A stretch of 64,000 nt of DNA from Octopus sinensis (GCF_006345805.1 NC_042998.1:147312001-147376000), one strand, 5' to 3'. Shown: positions 37,430 through 49,937, numbered from the stretch's first letter. The notes: generated by a model not told the origin, from the sequence alone. Numbers and translations: made by a program.

Positions 37430-40284
37430 TTAGATGAGGAGGGGGGGAGAGTTGAGACCAAATGGCGTATAAGAGCGAAGAGAGAAGATTAATTCCTGTT
37501 CACGGCGCAAACGGGAATCCGGATGGCCTCTGTGTAAGGACAAACCGAACACAGATAGGTGTTGCAAGGAGTGACCGTGGAGCGGAAATGGCGTGAGACC
37601 GGTGTGTCGTTCGCAAGGTGGATGTCACGAAGGTGTTCCGCGAACCGGTCAGCCAAGCGGCGTCCCGTTTGTCCGATGTACAAGGAATTGCAGAGAGAGC
37701 AAGAGATGCAATAGATAATATTGCTGGAGGTGCAGGTGAAGGAGTGGATGATGGGATAGGGTCGATGGTGGGTGCTAGTGAGGCGGGTGGTGTTGGAGAG
37801 GTAAGGGCAAGTGCGGCAATGTGGGCGGGAGCAGGGGAACGAGCGGGTTGGGAGGTAGGTCAGGGAAGGAGCTATGGACCAAAAGGTTTCGAAGGTTGTG
37901 GGCTCGTTTGAAAGAGGGGAGGGGTCGGTTAGGGAAGAGGTGTGAAGCGGACGGGTCGGACTGGAGATGACGGAAAGCTCGAAGAATGGTGCGTTGGAGA
38001 CGTAGGGTCGTGGGGTGGTAAGTGAGGGGAAAAGGGAGGCGGGAGACTACAGGGCGGGTTCGGGGAGAGAGAGCAGATACACGGTCCACGGACCGTGCTC
38101 TGGCAAGGGCGGTGTGGATAGTGGTGAGGGGGTATCCACGTAGGGTGAAGTGGTGAGCCATACGTTGAGACTGAGTCTCAAAGTCATGGTCGTCACTACA
38201 GAGCCTACGTAGACGGAGGAATTGGGAATAGGGGATGGAAAGCTTGGTGTGTTCTGGGTGGGAGGAAGAGAAGTTGAGGTATGAGTGTGAGTCTGTGTGT
38301 TTGTAGTGAATGGAGGTGGTAAGAGTGGAGTGAAGAATGCTAACCGAAATGTCGAGGAAGGAGACAGAGGTGTTGGAGATAGTGGAAGTGAAGTGGAGAG
38401 CTGGATGGAAAGATTGGACGAAAGAGAGGAAGGAATCTAGATGTTCGCGGGAGAGTGAGGTGGCACCGATAATGTCGTCAATATAACGACCATATAGTTC
38501 AGGAGTGGGACCAGTGAAATTAGAGAATATTTGGGCCTCAACATAGCCAACGAACAGGTTCGCATAGTTGGGGCCCATTCGCGTTCCCATGGCCACTCCC
38601 GAGAACGAGAAGCAGTTCAGAGTAAGGACAAGTTCGGCCAGACGAATGAGTGTGGAGGTGTCAGGTACAGGGTTAGAGCGGAGGTCAAGAAAGTGTCGAA
38701 GGGCCTGCAGTCCTTCGTGGTGAGGGATAACAGTATAGAGGCTTTGGATGTCCATAGTAAAAAGGATTTTGGAGGAGCCGGGAGGAAAGGAGAAAGAGTT
38801 GAAAAGCCGGAGAGCATGGTTGGTATCGTGGATGTGGGAGGGAAGAGATGCCACTAGGGGGGCAAGGACACGGTCGAGGTATTTAGAGATGAGCTCCGTG
38901 GGGCAGTTACAGGCGGAGACGATGGGGCGGCCAGGGTTGTTGGGTTTGTGGTGGGGGTACGTGGGGTTCGCACAATTAGGTTGGATGCGGTGCGGGGGAG
39001 ACGGGAGGACGAGATGAGGTCTTGGACAGTAGAGGATACCGTCTGTTGGTAGCTACTGTGGGGTTAGAGGGCAGAGGGGAATAGAAGGAGGTGTCATTGA
39101 GTTGGCGGAAAGCCTCGGCCCTATAGAGGTCCGCGCGCCACACCACTACAGCTCCACCCTTGTCAGCCGGTTTGATGATGTCAGCGCGCCGTTGGAGGGA
39201 ACGAAGAGCCAAGAGCTCAGCCGGGGAGATGTTGAGGCGGCGTTGGCGCCTGGAGAAGTTGAACCGCTCCAATGCACGCTGACAAGCGCCCGCGAAAAGA
39301 TCCACTGCTAGGATCTGGCCAGGGGCAGGCGTCCACGGGGATGGTCGGCGGCCCAGGCCAGTGAAGCAGTCGTCCTCTTCGTTGGGTGTGGGTGGCGAGT
39401 CGTGGTAATGCGCACCCAACCGGACACGGCGCACAAAGCTGTGGACATCAACTCGCGTCTGGAATTCCTTACAGGATGGAGTGAGGGGATGAAATGCAGA
39501 CCCCTACCAAGGACGGAGCGTTCAGCCGCAGAGAGGGGAAGATCGGGGGGAATGGTAACAACAGACGGAAGTGGAGAAGGGGTGGATGGAATAGAAGTAG
39601 GAGGGGTGGTAGGTCTCGTGGAGGTCTGAGGGGGAGGGATTGGAGAGGTGTGTGGGGGTGGTTGGGCGGGGCAGTAGGGTTAGGTGTAGGTGGATGGAGC
39701 CTAACGGGAGGGGAGAAGGGGTTGTAGGGAGGGGCAGTGGGGTTAGGTGTGGGTGGATGGAGCCTATCGGGAGGGGAGAAGGGTGGTGGAGGAGTTGGGG
39801 TAGTGGCGTCGGGTAGGGTGGAATGGAAGAGTGATTGGAGTTTACGAAGTTTGGTATCAGAAAGAAATTGATGGAAGAGTTGATTCAAATGGATAATGAA
39901 GCGTAGCGTGTTTGGAGCATAGAGAGGCGGCAGAGAGGAGAAGAAGGTGGAGAAAGCAGGAGGAAGAAGGCGGTTGATGGCATGTAGTTTGGAGAGATTG
40001 GAGCGAATGGTGGCCCGCATAAGGCGGTAAGATGTGGTGCGGAGTATGGGTAAGATGGAAGAATCCGAGTGGAGAGCAGGGTGGAAGTGGAGGCGGAAAC
40101 CTTTAGGGATGAGTCGGTGATGTAGGCAGCGGCTTAGGAAAGAGACATGGCTAGAGAAGCGGGTTTTTTTAAAAAGAAGTAGAGAGAGATTAACGGACGG
40201 CTGAAGGCAATATACAGGAAGCGAACGTAGATGATCCTTCAAACGGTGATGGAGGGTGAGGAGGTAGGACCTAGGATCCGGCAT
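37430..40284 (-). pseudogene. PLE polyprotein: N-terminal domain, reverse transcriptase, Cys-rich linker, GIY-YIG endonuclease (several frameshifts)
   Basis: MPDPRSY..HVSFLSRCLHHRLIPKGF, IIKPADKGGAVVVW, GRPIVS, TMDIQSLYTVIPH, GVAMGTRMGPNYANLFV, RYIDDI, FLDI, PCSRPHCRTC, FTCTSSNIIYCISCSLCNSLYIGQTGRRLADRFAEH and REQELIF..PFGLN. Confidence 0.95.
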
Positions 40285-40899
40285 GATGGGATAGCGGAAA
40301 AAAAACGTTCGAAAAAACAAAAAAAACAAAAAACAAAAATTATCGTATGAAAAAAATAGAAAAAAAGGATAGCGAAAAAAGGGGAAAAAACAAACGTTCA
40401 AAAAAACAAAAAAATAATAATCGTATGAAAAAACTAGATAAGTAAGCGATAGGGGCAGAAAAGACGGGGCAAACGGAAAAGGGAAAGAAAGAAGGGAAGC
40501 AGAGAGAGGGGGAGCAAAAAAAGGGGGTGCAGGCAGAGGAAACGGAGTATGGACATCCAGAGAGGGAAGAAAGACGGAAAGGAGAACAAAAATTCAGGAA
40601 AATGTGGGAAGCATGAAATGAATGTAAAAAAAGTGGTAATATAAGAGGAAATAAAAATACAACAAACGGGACAGTTTATGCGAACAAGTTCAAGGTTGAA
40701 AGTTCAAGGTGAGAAATGTGTAGACGTCGTGGTATATTTTTTAAGGATTTCACATCAATGCAAAGTCACTTTGATCCGCGAAAGAGAGGTGCAGCCAATG
40801 GTAAGTATCCAAGAGGTAAAGAAAATCCAAGGTAGAGGTAAGTGTTGATAGTGGTATTGGTAGAATATAGGATGAAAGTGAGACCACGTGAGCGCATAA

Positions 40900-41740
40900 T
40901 ATATAACGGGAAGCTTTATGAAAATAAAGAAAAGACGAAGGCAGGTGGAAAACAAACGAACAATTGTATTAGTATGGCGCTCAGGAAATATAAATAAAAC
41001 AAGTCTTTAACGTTTCGAGCCTACGCTCTTCAACAGAAAGATACAGAGAGAGAGAAAAACACAGAAAGAAGGAGAGAAAAAAAATGCGTGCAGTAGCTAA
41101 CGAATCAACATGGCGATCTGATTTCGGCCAGAAGTCAAAGATCAAACATGAGACGCGAGAGCGAAATAAGGGGAGATAATAGGGTTGATAAACGGGTTGA
41201 GGGACCAGCTAAAAGTGCGTGGGAGGGGTCTGGATGTGTGTATGTATAGGGTTGGTGTATGTATTAGTATGTATAAGGGTGTGTGTGTGGTGTGTTGTGT
41301 GTATGAGAGAGTATTAGTGCGTAAGATTGGTCTGGACGTGCGTATGTATGGGGTTGGTGTTGTATTAGTATGTATTAGTATGTATTAGTAGTACGTATTG
41401 TTGTATAGGTGTGTGTTGTGTGTGTGAGAGAGTATAAGTGCGTATGCGGGGTTTGGACGTGTGTATGTATAGGGTTGGTGTAAGTATTAGTATGTACTAG
41501 TATGTATTAGTACGTATTAGTATGTATTAGTTGGTGTGTGTATTAGTATGGCACATCATATGTGATGTGATGTGTAAAGTCATGTGGTGTAGTGAGAGAA
41601 GAAGGGGGGAGGGGGAGAGAGAGGGGAGAGAAGGGGAGGGGAAGAAGAGGGGGAGGAGAAGGGGGAGAGGAGAGGATGGGGGAGAAGGAAGGGGATGAGG
41701 GGGATGAAGGAGGAAAGAGGGAGAGGGGGAGAGAGAAGGG
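40900..41740 (-). repeat. 5' pseudo-LTR
   Basis: Direct repeat of 36470-37295. Confidence 0.93.
41004..41041 (-). ncRNA. Minimal hammerhead motif in the 5' pLTR (CUGUUGA variant)
   Basis: TCTTT-CTGTTGA-A-GAGC-GTAG-GCTC-GAAAC-GTT-AAAGA. Confidence 0.7.
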
Positions 41741-41772
<32 letters not shown>

Positions 41773-41885
41773 TATATATATATATATATCATATATATAT
41801 TAATTGAGATTCAGTCGAATTAGGTACCTAAGTTGAAGCACCAAGTCAGTTCGGTATTATCTGCACACCTCGAAGTAAGGTGAAT

Positions 41886-42257
41886 AAAATCAAAATAAGC
41901 AACAGGATATCAAGTAGTGATGCAGTACGACCGTTTCAAGCGGCTCCATTTAATTGGATACTGCAATCATTACATCAGTTTAAATGCAGTGCCATTCTGT
42001 CGTTCTCTTTAGCCGAACCACTAAGTTACGGGGGATGTAAACGCACCAACATGGATTTCTTTCATCTTCTTGCTCTGTTAAATTATTTGAGAAAAATTAT
42101 ATTAATATATCTTACTTATTAAAATTCTATTCATTTATATGTGCAGCCGAAGATGGCATTGCATTAAATTGATGTAATGACTGCATTGTTCAATTAAATA
42201 GAGCTTGAAGTGGTCGTACTGCATCAATACTTGATAACTAGTTGCTTATTTTGATTA
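41886..42257. repeat. Fold-back element with inverted arms of about 110 bp
   Basis: 41886-41997 versus 42151-42257, e.g. AATCAAAATAAGCAAC/GTTGCTTATTTTGATT and GATGCAGTACGACC/GGTCGTACTGCATC. Confidence 0.85.
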
Positions 42258-42304
42258 TTTATGTGCTTTCTTGTTTGGATTATTTTTATACATATGTATA
42301 TATA

Positions 42305-42697
42305 TATTCTTTTATTTGTTTCAGTCATTTGACTGCGGTCATGCTGGAGCACTGCCTTTAGTCGAACAAATCGACCTCAAGACTTATTCTTTCTAATTCT
42401 AGTACTTATTCTATCGGTCACTTCAACCGAACCGCTAAGTTACGGGGGATGTAAACACACCAACATCGGTGTCAAGTGAAGATGAGGAGACAAACACACA
42501 CACACATACATATATATATACATATATATATACGACGGGCTTCTTTCAGTTTCTGTCAACCAAATCCACTCACAAGGCTTTGGTCAGCCCGAGGCTATGG
42601 TAGAAGACACTTGCCCAAGGTGCCACGCAGCGGGAATGAACCGGAAACCGTGTGGTTGGGAAGCAAGCTTCTTACCACACAGCCACTCCTGCGCCTG
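42305..42697 (-). mobile_element. SINE family B, full length
   Basis: Reverse complement of the head (CTTCTTACCACACAGCCACTCCTGCGCC), internal microsatellite and tail. Confidence 0.9.
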
Positions 42698-42802
42698 CTC
42701 AAAGCCACTACTGCGCCTGCACACAGCCAGTCCTACGCCTGCACACAATCACTTACATATATATGAGTTTAAAAATCCAATATAGGTAGAATCAACGAAA
42801 AC

Positions 42803-43091
42803 AGTACTTCATCCAGGAGAGATAAATATTAATTGAAATACACAACCGAAAGAGCTACAAATAATTTCATGCTGTTATGATACTTGAACTGGTGCATTTA
42901 TAAAATACGCCATGTATCTTAAAGCAATCATTCAGGCTCAATTTATGCGTTACATAACTTTAAAATTATTTTATGACACATGACATATTTTGTAAATCTG
43001 CCAGCTCAAGTATCATGAAAGCATAAAACTTTTTATAGGCCTTTCGGGTGTGTATTTAAATTGATATTTATATCTCACTGGATGGAGTACT
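42803..43091. repeat. Fold-back (hairpin) element with arms of about 125 bp and a short spacer
   Basis: AGTACTTCATCCAG/CTGGATGGAGTACT, AAATACACA.CCGAAAG/CTTTCGGGTGTGTATTT and ATGATACTTGA/TCAAGTATCAT. Confidence 0.85.
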
Positions 43092-43104
43092 TTTTTTGCA
43101 AATT

Positions 43105-43135
<31 letters not shown>

Positions 43136-43137
<2 letters not shown>

Positions 43138-43446
43138 AAGCGCAATGGCCAAGTGGTTAGGGCAGTGAACTCGCGGTTGTAGGATCGTGGTTTCGATTCC
43201 CAGACCGGGCGTTGTGAGCGTTTATTAAGCGAAAACACCTAAAGCTCCACGAGGCTCCGGCAGGGGTTGGTGGCGATCCCTGCTGTACTCTTTCACCATA
43301 ACTTTCTCTCACTCTTTCTTCTCTTGGCCCGCTTGCTTAGCCAGCGGGGTGGCGTCATTTGAAGGCTAAAACAATGCGAAGCGCATTGTGACCAGCGATG
43401 TGTAGCAACATCTGATAGCCTGGTCGGTCACGGTGATCACGGTGAT
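43136..43446 (+). mobile_element. tRNA-derived SINE family D, full length
   Basis: A box TGGCCAAGTGG, B box GGTTTCGATTCCC, and an end of ATCACGGTG repeats followed by (TA)n. Confidence 0.88.
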
Positions 43447-43449
43447 ATA

Positions 43450-43481
<32 letters not shown>

Positions 43482-43482
43482 G

Positions 43483-43514
<32 letters not shown>

Positions 43515-43774
43515 TATATATATACATAAGAGCATGTATATACATACACATAGATCTACACATACATACATTCACACATACATGCACATACAAATCAGTG
43601 GAACACTAAAAACATGCAAGACTTTCCTAAAGTTCAAATTGTGAATTTATTTTTATCTATCATTCTGACAATGGACCTTTGTATCATTGCTAGAAACAAG
43701 CTCCTTCTTTTTGGAGAATAATTCAATTAATTAAAAATAAAGAACGTATGCATACACACACATATACAGACATA

Positions 43775-44025
43775 AAAACATACATACAGACACGAATACA
43801 TACATACATACATACATACATACATACATACATACATACATACATACATACATGAATACGTACATACATACATGCATAAATACATACATGCATGCATACA
43901 TACATACATACATACATACATACATTCATACATGAATACGTACATACATGAATACATACATACATACATACATCATACATACATACATACATACATACAT
44001 ACATACATACATACATACATACATA
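43775..44025. repeat. (CATA)n microsatellite
   Basis: Directly visible. Confidence 0.97.
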
Positions 44026-44168
44026 GCTAGATTACAACAAGAAAAGCAGACAGAGGTGAAGAAATGGCAAATTGGAATCAAAATAACCTTAGAATTTCTG
44101 ATTCCATCCTCCTTTCTATCTTCCTCTCGCTCTCACTGTGTATCATGTGTGCAAATGTATTATTTACG

Positions 44169-44199
<31 letters not shown>

Positions 44200-44294
44200 A
44201 TATGAATGCATGTAATAATGTTAGTAAATATATACATACCTATATATGCAGATATACATACATGTCTGTATATTTATCTATTTATATATAAAAA

Positions 44295-44570
44295 ACCCTT
44301 CGGTCATAAATAACCATGGGATTGCATTTAGAATGTTACCTTCTCAGGCACAAGTCTCCCTTCTCCACGCCACCGATGTTATCCAAGGAAAAGGCAGAGG
44401 CCGATACAGCTTGGCACTTGTGACGTCGTAACTCATTTCTACTGCTGAGTGAACTGGAGCAACGTGAAATAAAGCGTCTTGCTCAAGAACACAACACACA
44501 ACCCGGTCCAGGAATCGAGCTTACTACCTCAGGTTTGTGAACCCGACGCTCTAGTCGCTGAGCCATGCGC
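44295..44570 (-). mobile_element. SINE family C
   Basis: Homologous to 572-808. Confidence 0.85.
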
Positions 44571-45461
44571 TGGCAAAATCGTTAGCACACTAGACAAAAT
44601 GCTTAACGGCATTTCGGCTATCATTATGTTCTAAGTTCAAACGCACACACACACACACACATGCTTGTGTGCATGTGTATATAAACATTAATCAACATGT
44701 CATACTTAATGCATGTGCGTTGTAAAACACTTGCAGCTGCGGTGTCAGGTCTGGGAGCGATCCCTTTAAAGACATATAATGATAAAAAGCACAGTGTGTT
44801 TCAAAGCTAGTCGAAACGAAACCGCTCTGGAAGTGAGCGACAACTACAGATATCAATATAACACAGTTTTTTCCACTCATCAGAGATATTTTCATTTGAA
44901 CCGATTGTTTCCAAGTTTAAATCATCATTCATTACTTCTTCAGTAGTAGGAAAAAATAATAAATAATAACAACAACAACAACAACAACAATAATAATACA
45001 CACACACACACACATAAGCAAGCAAATATTTTTTTAATGAAAACCGGCAAAATTAAATTAAACATATAATCAATAATATTATCAATAATTACTTTAATCT
45101 TTTAAGATATAGAGCAATTATCAATCAGATTAATTTATACGTCATACACCTCTACGCTTCGTTTCTCCCGTCAAACAAACTTTAAACAGCTAAAAAAAAT
45201 GAAAAATGATAACCCTGGTTGTTTGACTCAGTAATTTTCTAGTGTATCTACTTTGACAACTGAATGGTTACGACGAATGGTAACTATACAAAATAAAAAG
45301 AAAGGTTTTGTGTTTGTTTTCCACAAGTTTGCTTCTTTAGTAAGTGATTTGCGTACGGCTGAATTGTTTCATTCACCACATGGTAATTAAATCAAGCTTT
45401 TTGCTATACAAAAGACGAAGTCAGTTACACAGATACATAAAGAAGAAATACAATAGAAATA

Positions 45462-46728
45462 TTGGGTCATCCTATAAATAATGCGGTTTTTTCAACTGCA
45501 TGGACTAAAAGTCGGAGGGGGACGGGATAAACTACCTGCATCAACTTGCTATAAAAGCAGGTAATAATTTTACCTTGTACTTATTCTTAGTGCAAGTTTT
45601 GAAGAGTGCAATTCGATTTTAGTAGTTATTTTTTCAAAGCTATAATGGAACAAAGGAACATATTCGGCATATTTTTGCTTTATGAGTTCAACAAATGCAA
45701 CAACGCAACAGAAAGTGCGAGGAATATTAATGCAATATATGGGGGTCGGACAATAAACGTGAACCAATGTCAACGGTGGTTCCAGAAATTCCGAACCGGA
45801 AACTACAGCCTAGAAGAGAAGCCTCGTTCTGAAAGATCTGTAGAGTTCGATGAGGACGTCCTGCAAACCCTCGTGGAACAAAATCCCATCATAACTGTGA
45901 GGAACTAGCAGAGAAGCTTGGATTTGGTCATTCAACCATTCATCGACACCTATGTGCCATCGAAAAAGTCAGTAAATTGGGTCAATGGGTTCCTCACAAA
46001 CTTTCCGAGTCTAATCACGCGCAGAGAGTGAATGTGTGCTCTTCTTTGCTGTCATGTCTCACGAATGAATCTTTTTTGGACCGAATAGTGACTTGACTGT
46101 TGACGAGAAATGGGTTTGCTATAAAAATATCAAGAAGACAGTGGGTAGGGAAAGGATAAACACCGACACCCCAGGCTAAAGAAGGTCTTTACTCACGTAA
46201 GGTGTTGTTATCTGTTTGGTGGGATATAAAAAGTTAAGTCCATTTTGAACTGTTAAAACCAAACCAAGCGATAAAAGATCTACTGCGAGCAACTTGAGTG
46301 GCTTAAGTCAGTGCTAGAAGAAAAACGACTGTCTTTGGTTTCAAGATGAAAGGTGTTCTTCCATCAGGATAACGCTCAGCTACATACAGTGAGGGTGACA
46401 TTTCAAAGGCTGGAGCAGTTTCAATGGGAAACGATGCTCCACCTACCATGTTCGCCGGATATTGCCCCATCTGATTATCATTTATTCCGCAGTCTTCAAA
46501 ATCATTTGGACGGAAGAAATATGAATTCTGTAGACGAGGTTTGAACAGTACTGGAGGAATATTTTTCGTCCCAGACAAGAAGGGGCCTTGCACGTCTACC
46601 AGATAGATGAAAGAGCTATGTAGAAAATGAAGGCGAGTATATTTTAGATTAAAAAAGAACTTTGTTTATCTTAATTTTGAAAAATAAAAGAAGTATTTAA
46701 AAAATGCATTATTTATGGGATGACCCAA
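45462..46728 (+). mobile_element. Full-length mariner transposon, transposase pseudogenised
   Basis: TIR TTGGGTCATCC.ATAAATAATGC at both ends with TA TSDs (45460-61, 46729-30). Peptides LLYEF..RNINAIYG..QRWFQKFRTG, WVPHKL, DEKW, FHQDNA and SPDIAPSDYHLFRSL. Confidence 0.95.
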
Positions 46729-47269
46729 TATATTCGCACACATAAACGCAGTGGCACAATTTTATTTTGAAGTTAGACGACTATAATATTTAATCCCGCA
46801 AAAATACATTAAAATACACCCCAAAAATATTTTTTAAAATTATAATTTATTGATCTCGAAAGAAAGAAAGTAAAGTAAACCCCGATGGGAATTTAACACA
46901 GAATTACTTAAGTAATGTGGTGCAGTTTTTCATTAATCGTCGGGAGGAACCCTACCTAACTGACTTAGTCGTATTATTTTCTTAAAATATCCACCACAAA
47001 ATATTTAAATGCTTTCTGCAGTTCAAATGGTTCCGCAGAAGATAAACTGTCGTTCTGAATGCACGCTTACATATAACAGAAACAGCAGTAAGCTAGTGTT
47101 GGTGATTACGTAATATACCGTGACGTTCCAGTCAACTTGAACTTCACAATTAACTTTACTCTACTCTCAGTATAGCGTCATTCCCTCGATAAATGTTTGT
47201 TCATATTTTTAAACCTCTGTAAATAATAACCTTATTTTAGCACGTAAATATATATATATATACATATAT

Positions 47270-47411
47270 ATAGGCGGCATATAAAAAATATATAGGTATA
47301 TAAAAATATATAGGTATATAAAAATATATAGGTATATAAAAATATATAGGTATATAAAAATATATAGGTATATAAAAATATATAGGTATATAAAAATATA
47401 TAAAAATATAT

Positions 47412-47420
<9 letters not shown>
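47270..47420. repeat. 18-bp minisatellite (TATATAGGTATATAAAAA)n, partly repeated at 47710-47800
   Basis: About six tandem units visible. Confidence 0.9.
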
Positions 47421-47455
<35 letters not shown>

Positions 47456-48161
47456 AAACTAAAGTTATTGAACAAACAAATGCAAGGTCATCCGCATAGC
47501 ATTTCATAATTCGAACATTTAATCATAGAATATACATATAAACATCCCGCAAGATGGAACATAATTCATCTGTACAAGCATATAAGCATAATAAGGTGCG
47601 AGAAAAAAAATTTCATCACAGTTTAGAGTTAATACTTTAGCGATTCAGAAAAATACATTTAAAAAAAAAACATTACAACACCTAGAAAGTAAAAATATAA
47701 TATAAAGTAATATATAAAAATATATAGGTATATAAAAATATATAAAATATATATATATATATATACATATATATAGGCGGCATATAAAAAATATATAATA
47801 TATATCATGTAAATAAAATAAAAGTTCATCGTTTAAAAATCTTATAAAATTATTATTCAAGTAAGAGAAGCCTTACAGTTTTTCTTTTTTTTACCGCCTT
47901 ATTTCTCTACTGCTTTAAAAGAAAAGTTTTTTACTGCTTTAATTCTTTCTTTTGGGCTTATCCGAGCATGAATGCTTCAATAGGAAAGCACACAACATTG
48001 TGCTAGCCTGGTACGCGATGATGTCTGTCTTTATGTATTTTTTCCCCTGACGAAGGAGGTATTATCTTGATGCACCCTAGTGCTTTAAACATAAAGTGAT
48101 ACACCTCATTGCTTATCATTTCTCCACGTGCGGTCAACACAACCCCACCATTTATTGATCT

Positions 48162-48241
<80 letters not shown>

Positions 48242-48464
48242 TTAAAATGAGATAAGAAGGACGACAAGGAACACAAGATGTGGACACACTCTTCGCTCAT
48301 CAGTTATCATCTAAAAGTCATAACATTTTCGCACCTTTAACAATTTTGGTGGTAACTACAGCAAAAAGCTGTTGGGAATAAATGAGCGAACGTAGAGTAC
48401 GGAAACAAAACAAAAACGGTAAACGACGACAGTAGTTGGTACATATAAAAAATATGACACAGCA

Positions 48465-48518
48465 TAGAGTATAAGACTTTTAATCTGGTGTTCGTAGGTT
48501 CGACTCCTACATCGGGTG
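48465..48518 (+). pseudogene. tRNA-Lys(UUU)-like 3' two-thirds (tRNA pseudogene or SINE head)
   Basis: AGA-CTTTTAA-TCT anticodon arm, perfect T arm GTAGG-TTCGACT-CCTAC, and 3' ATCGGGTG. The 5' acceptor strand is absent. Confidence 0.65.
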
Positions 48519-48643
48519 AATGATATATTTTATTTACTTGATCTATTATATTACTTGATTTATTTATTAGCGATGCCCCAACAAGGCCACGACTCACAAG
48601 TTGAAACTAGTAAGAGTAAAAAAATAAGAGTATTATATACATA

Positions 48644-49937
48644 CGAGGGGCGTTCAATAAGTAATGCCCCTGACCCACTTCCCGTAGCAGTAGAGCAACG
48701 AAACTTGGCACAGTTATTAGTCTTTTTCTACATAGGAACCACTCAGAGTTACACATTTCTCCCATCGTTTGATGCAGCTCTGGAGACCGTTTTTGTAGAA
48801 GACCCCAGCTTGGTCCTCCAACCACGACGTGACTTCAGAAATCAAAGATGCATCATCTGGGAAACACTTTCCTTTCAAAAACAACTTCATGGCTGGGAAA
48901 AGATGAAATCAGAAGGTGCAAGGTCAGGAAAGTAGGGGGGTTGGGGGAAGAGTTCATAGTCGTACGCCTGTGCTTCTGATCTGGCGACACGCAAGTTGTG
49001 GACCGGAGCGTTGTCCTGCAGGAGGAGGATGCCTTTGCTGATCTTGCTCCGCCTCTTGATTTTGATAGCTTCTCTTAATTTCCTCAAAAGTGAAGCATAA
49101 TAGGCTCCTGTAATTGTAGTACCCTTTGCCAGGAAATCTGTCATCACAACTCCGTCCTGGTCCCAGAAGACTGTGAGCATGACCTTGTCAGCGGAGGGCT
49201 GCACCCTTGCCTTCTTTGGAGGAGGTGAGTCACGGTGCTTTCATTGCATTGACTGGGCTTTGGTCTCTGGATCATAGTGAGGGACCCAGGTTTCATCCTG
49301 TGTAATCAGTCTTTTGAAAAATTTTGACTCATCTTAGCACATCTCCAAATTCATCCTCGAGCACTCGACGCGTTCTTGCTTCTAGAAAGGTGTGAGCAAC
49401 CTGGGGATCCATCTGGCAGACACCTTTTGCATATGCAAATGGTCATGAATGATAGTTTCCACAGACTCGGTACTAATCTTGACCTCATGGGCTATTTGGC
49501 GAATAATTATGCATCGATCTTCCAAAATGGCAGCCTCAACTTGACGGACAGATGCCTCATCAATGGCAGAAGGGGGGCGACCATATCTGGGAGCTGTTTC
49601 CACAGAGTTCCGATCATGCTTGAATTCACGATGCCAGCGTTTTACAAGGTCAGGTCATATGATGAGGCATCATCACCATAAGTTACTTTCATTTCATCAA
49701 AAGTCTCCCGTGGTGTGCGTGTTTTCAAATACAAAAACCGGATCACTGCTCGACATTCAACAGGCTCCATTTCACACTTGACTCAGTTCAAACACCTGTA
49801 AATCAGAAAACACAATTAGTTCAGAGCTGTAATTTTCCACTTAATCTATAGAGATATAAATAATTGCACATGCAAAATTTCAGCTAGATCAAACAACTGC
49901 AAGTGGGTCAGGGGCATTACTTATTGAACGTCCCTCG
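48644..49937 (-). mobile_element. Full-length mariner (irritans/Hsmar2-like), transposase pseudogenised
   Basis: TIR CGAGGG(G/A)CGTTCAATAAGTAATGCCCCTGACCCACT with TA TSDs. Peptides KVSARWIPRLL, QDETW, KVMLTVFWD, LLQDNAPVH and PYFPDLAPSDF. Confidence 0.96.

Larger units (their letters stand above)
36470..41740 (-). mobile_element. Near full-length Penelope-like element (Neptune-type) with direct pseudo-LTRs
   Basis: Direct repeats of about 830 bp (36470-37295 and 40900-41740) flank an RT plus GIY-YIG coding region. There is (TA)n at both outer ends. Confidence 0.95.

Noticed and set aside
37618-39727. Plus-strand ORFs overlapping the PLE
   Set aside because: They are antisense shadows of the C-rich PLE coding strand.
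47270-47420. Regularly spaced 18-bp repeats (CRISPR-like periodicity)
   Set aside because: There are no unique spacers, so it is an AT-rich minisatellite in a eukaryotic context.
48465-48518. Functional tRNA-Lys gene
   Set aside because: The 5' acceptor strand and D arm are missing, so it is kept only as a pseudogene or fragment.
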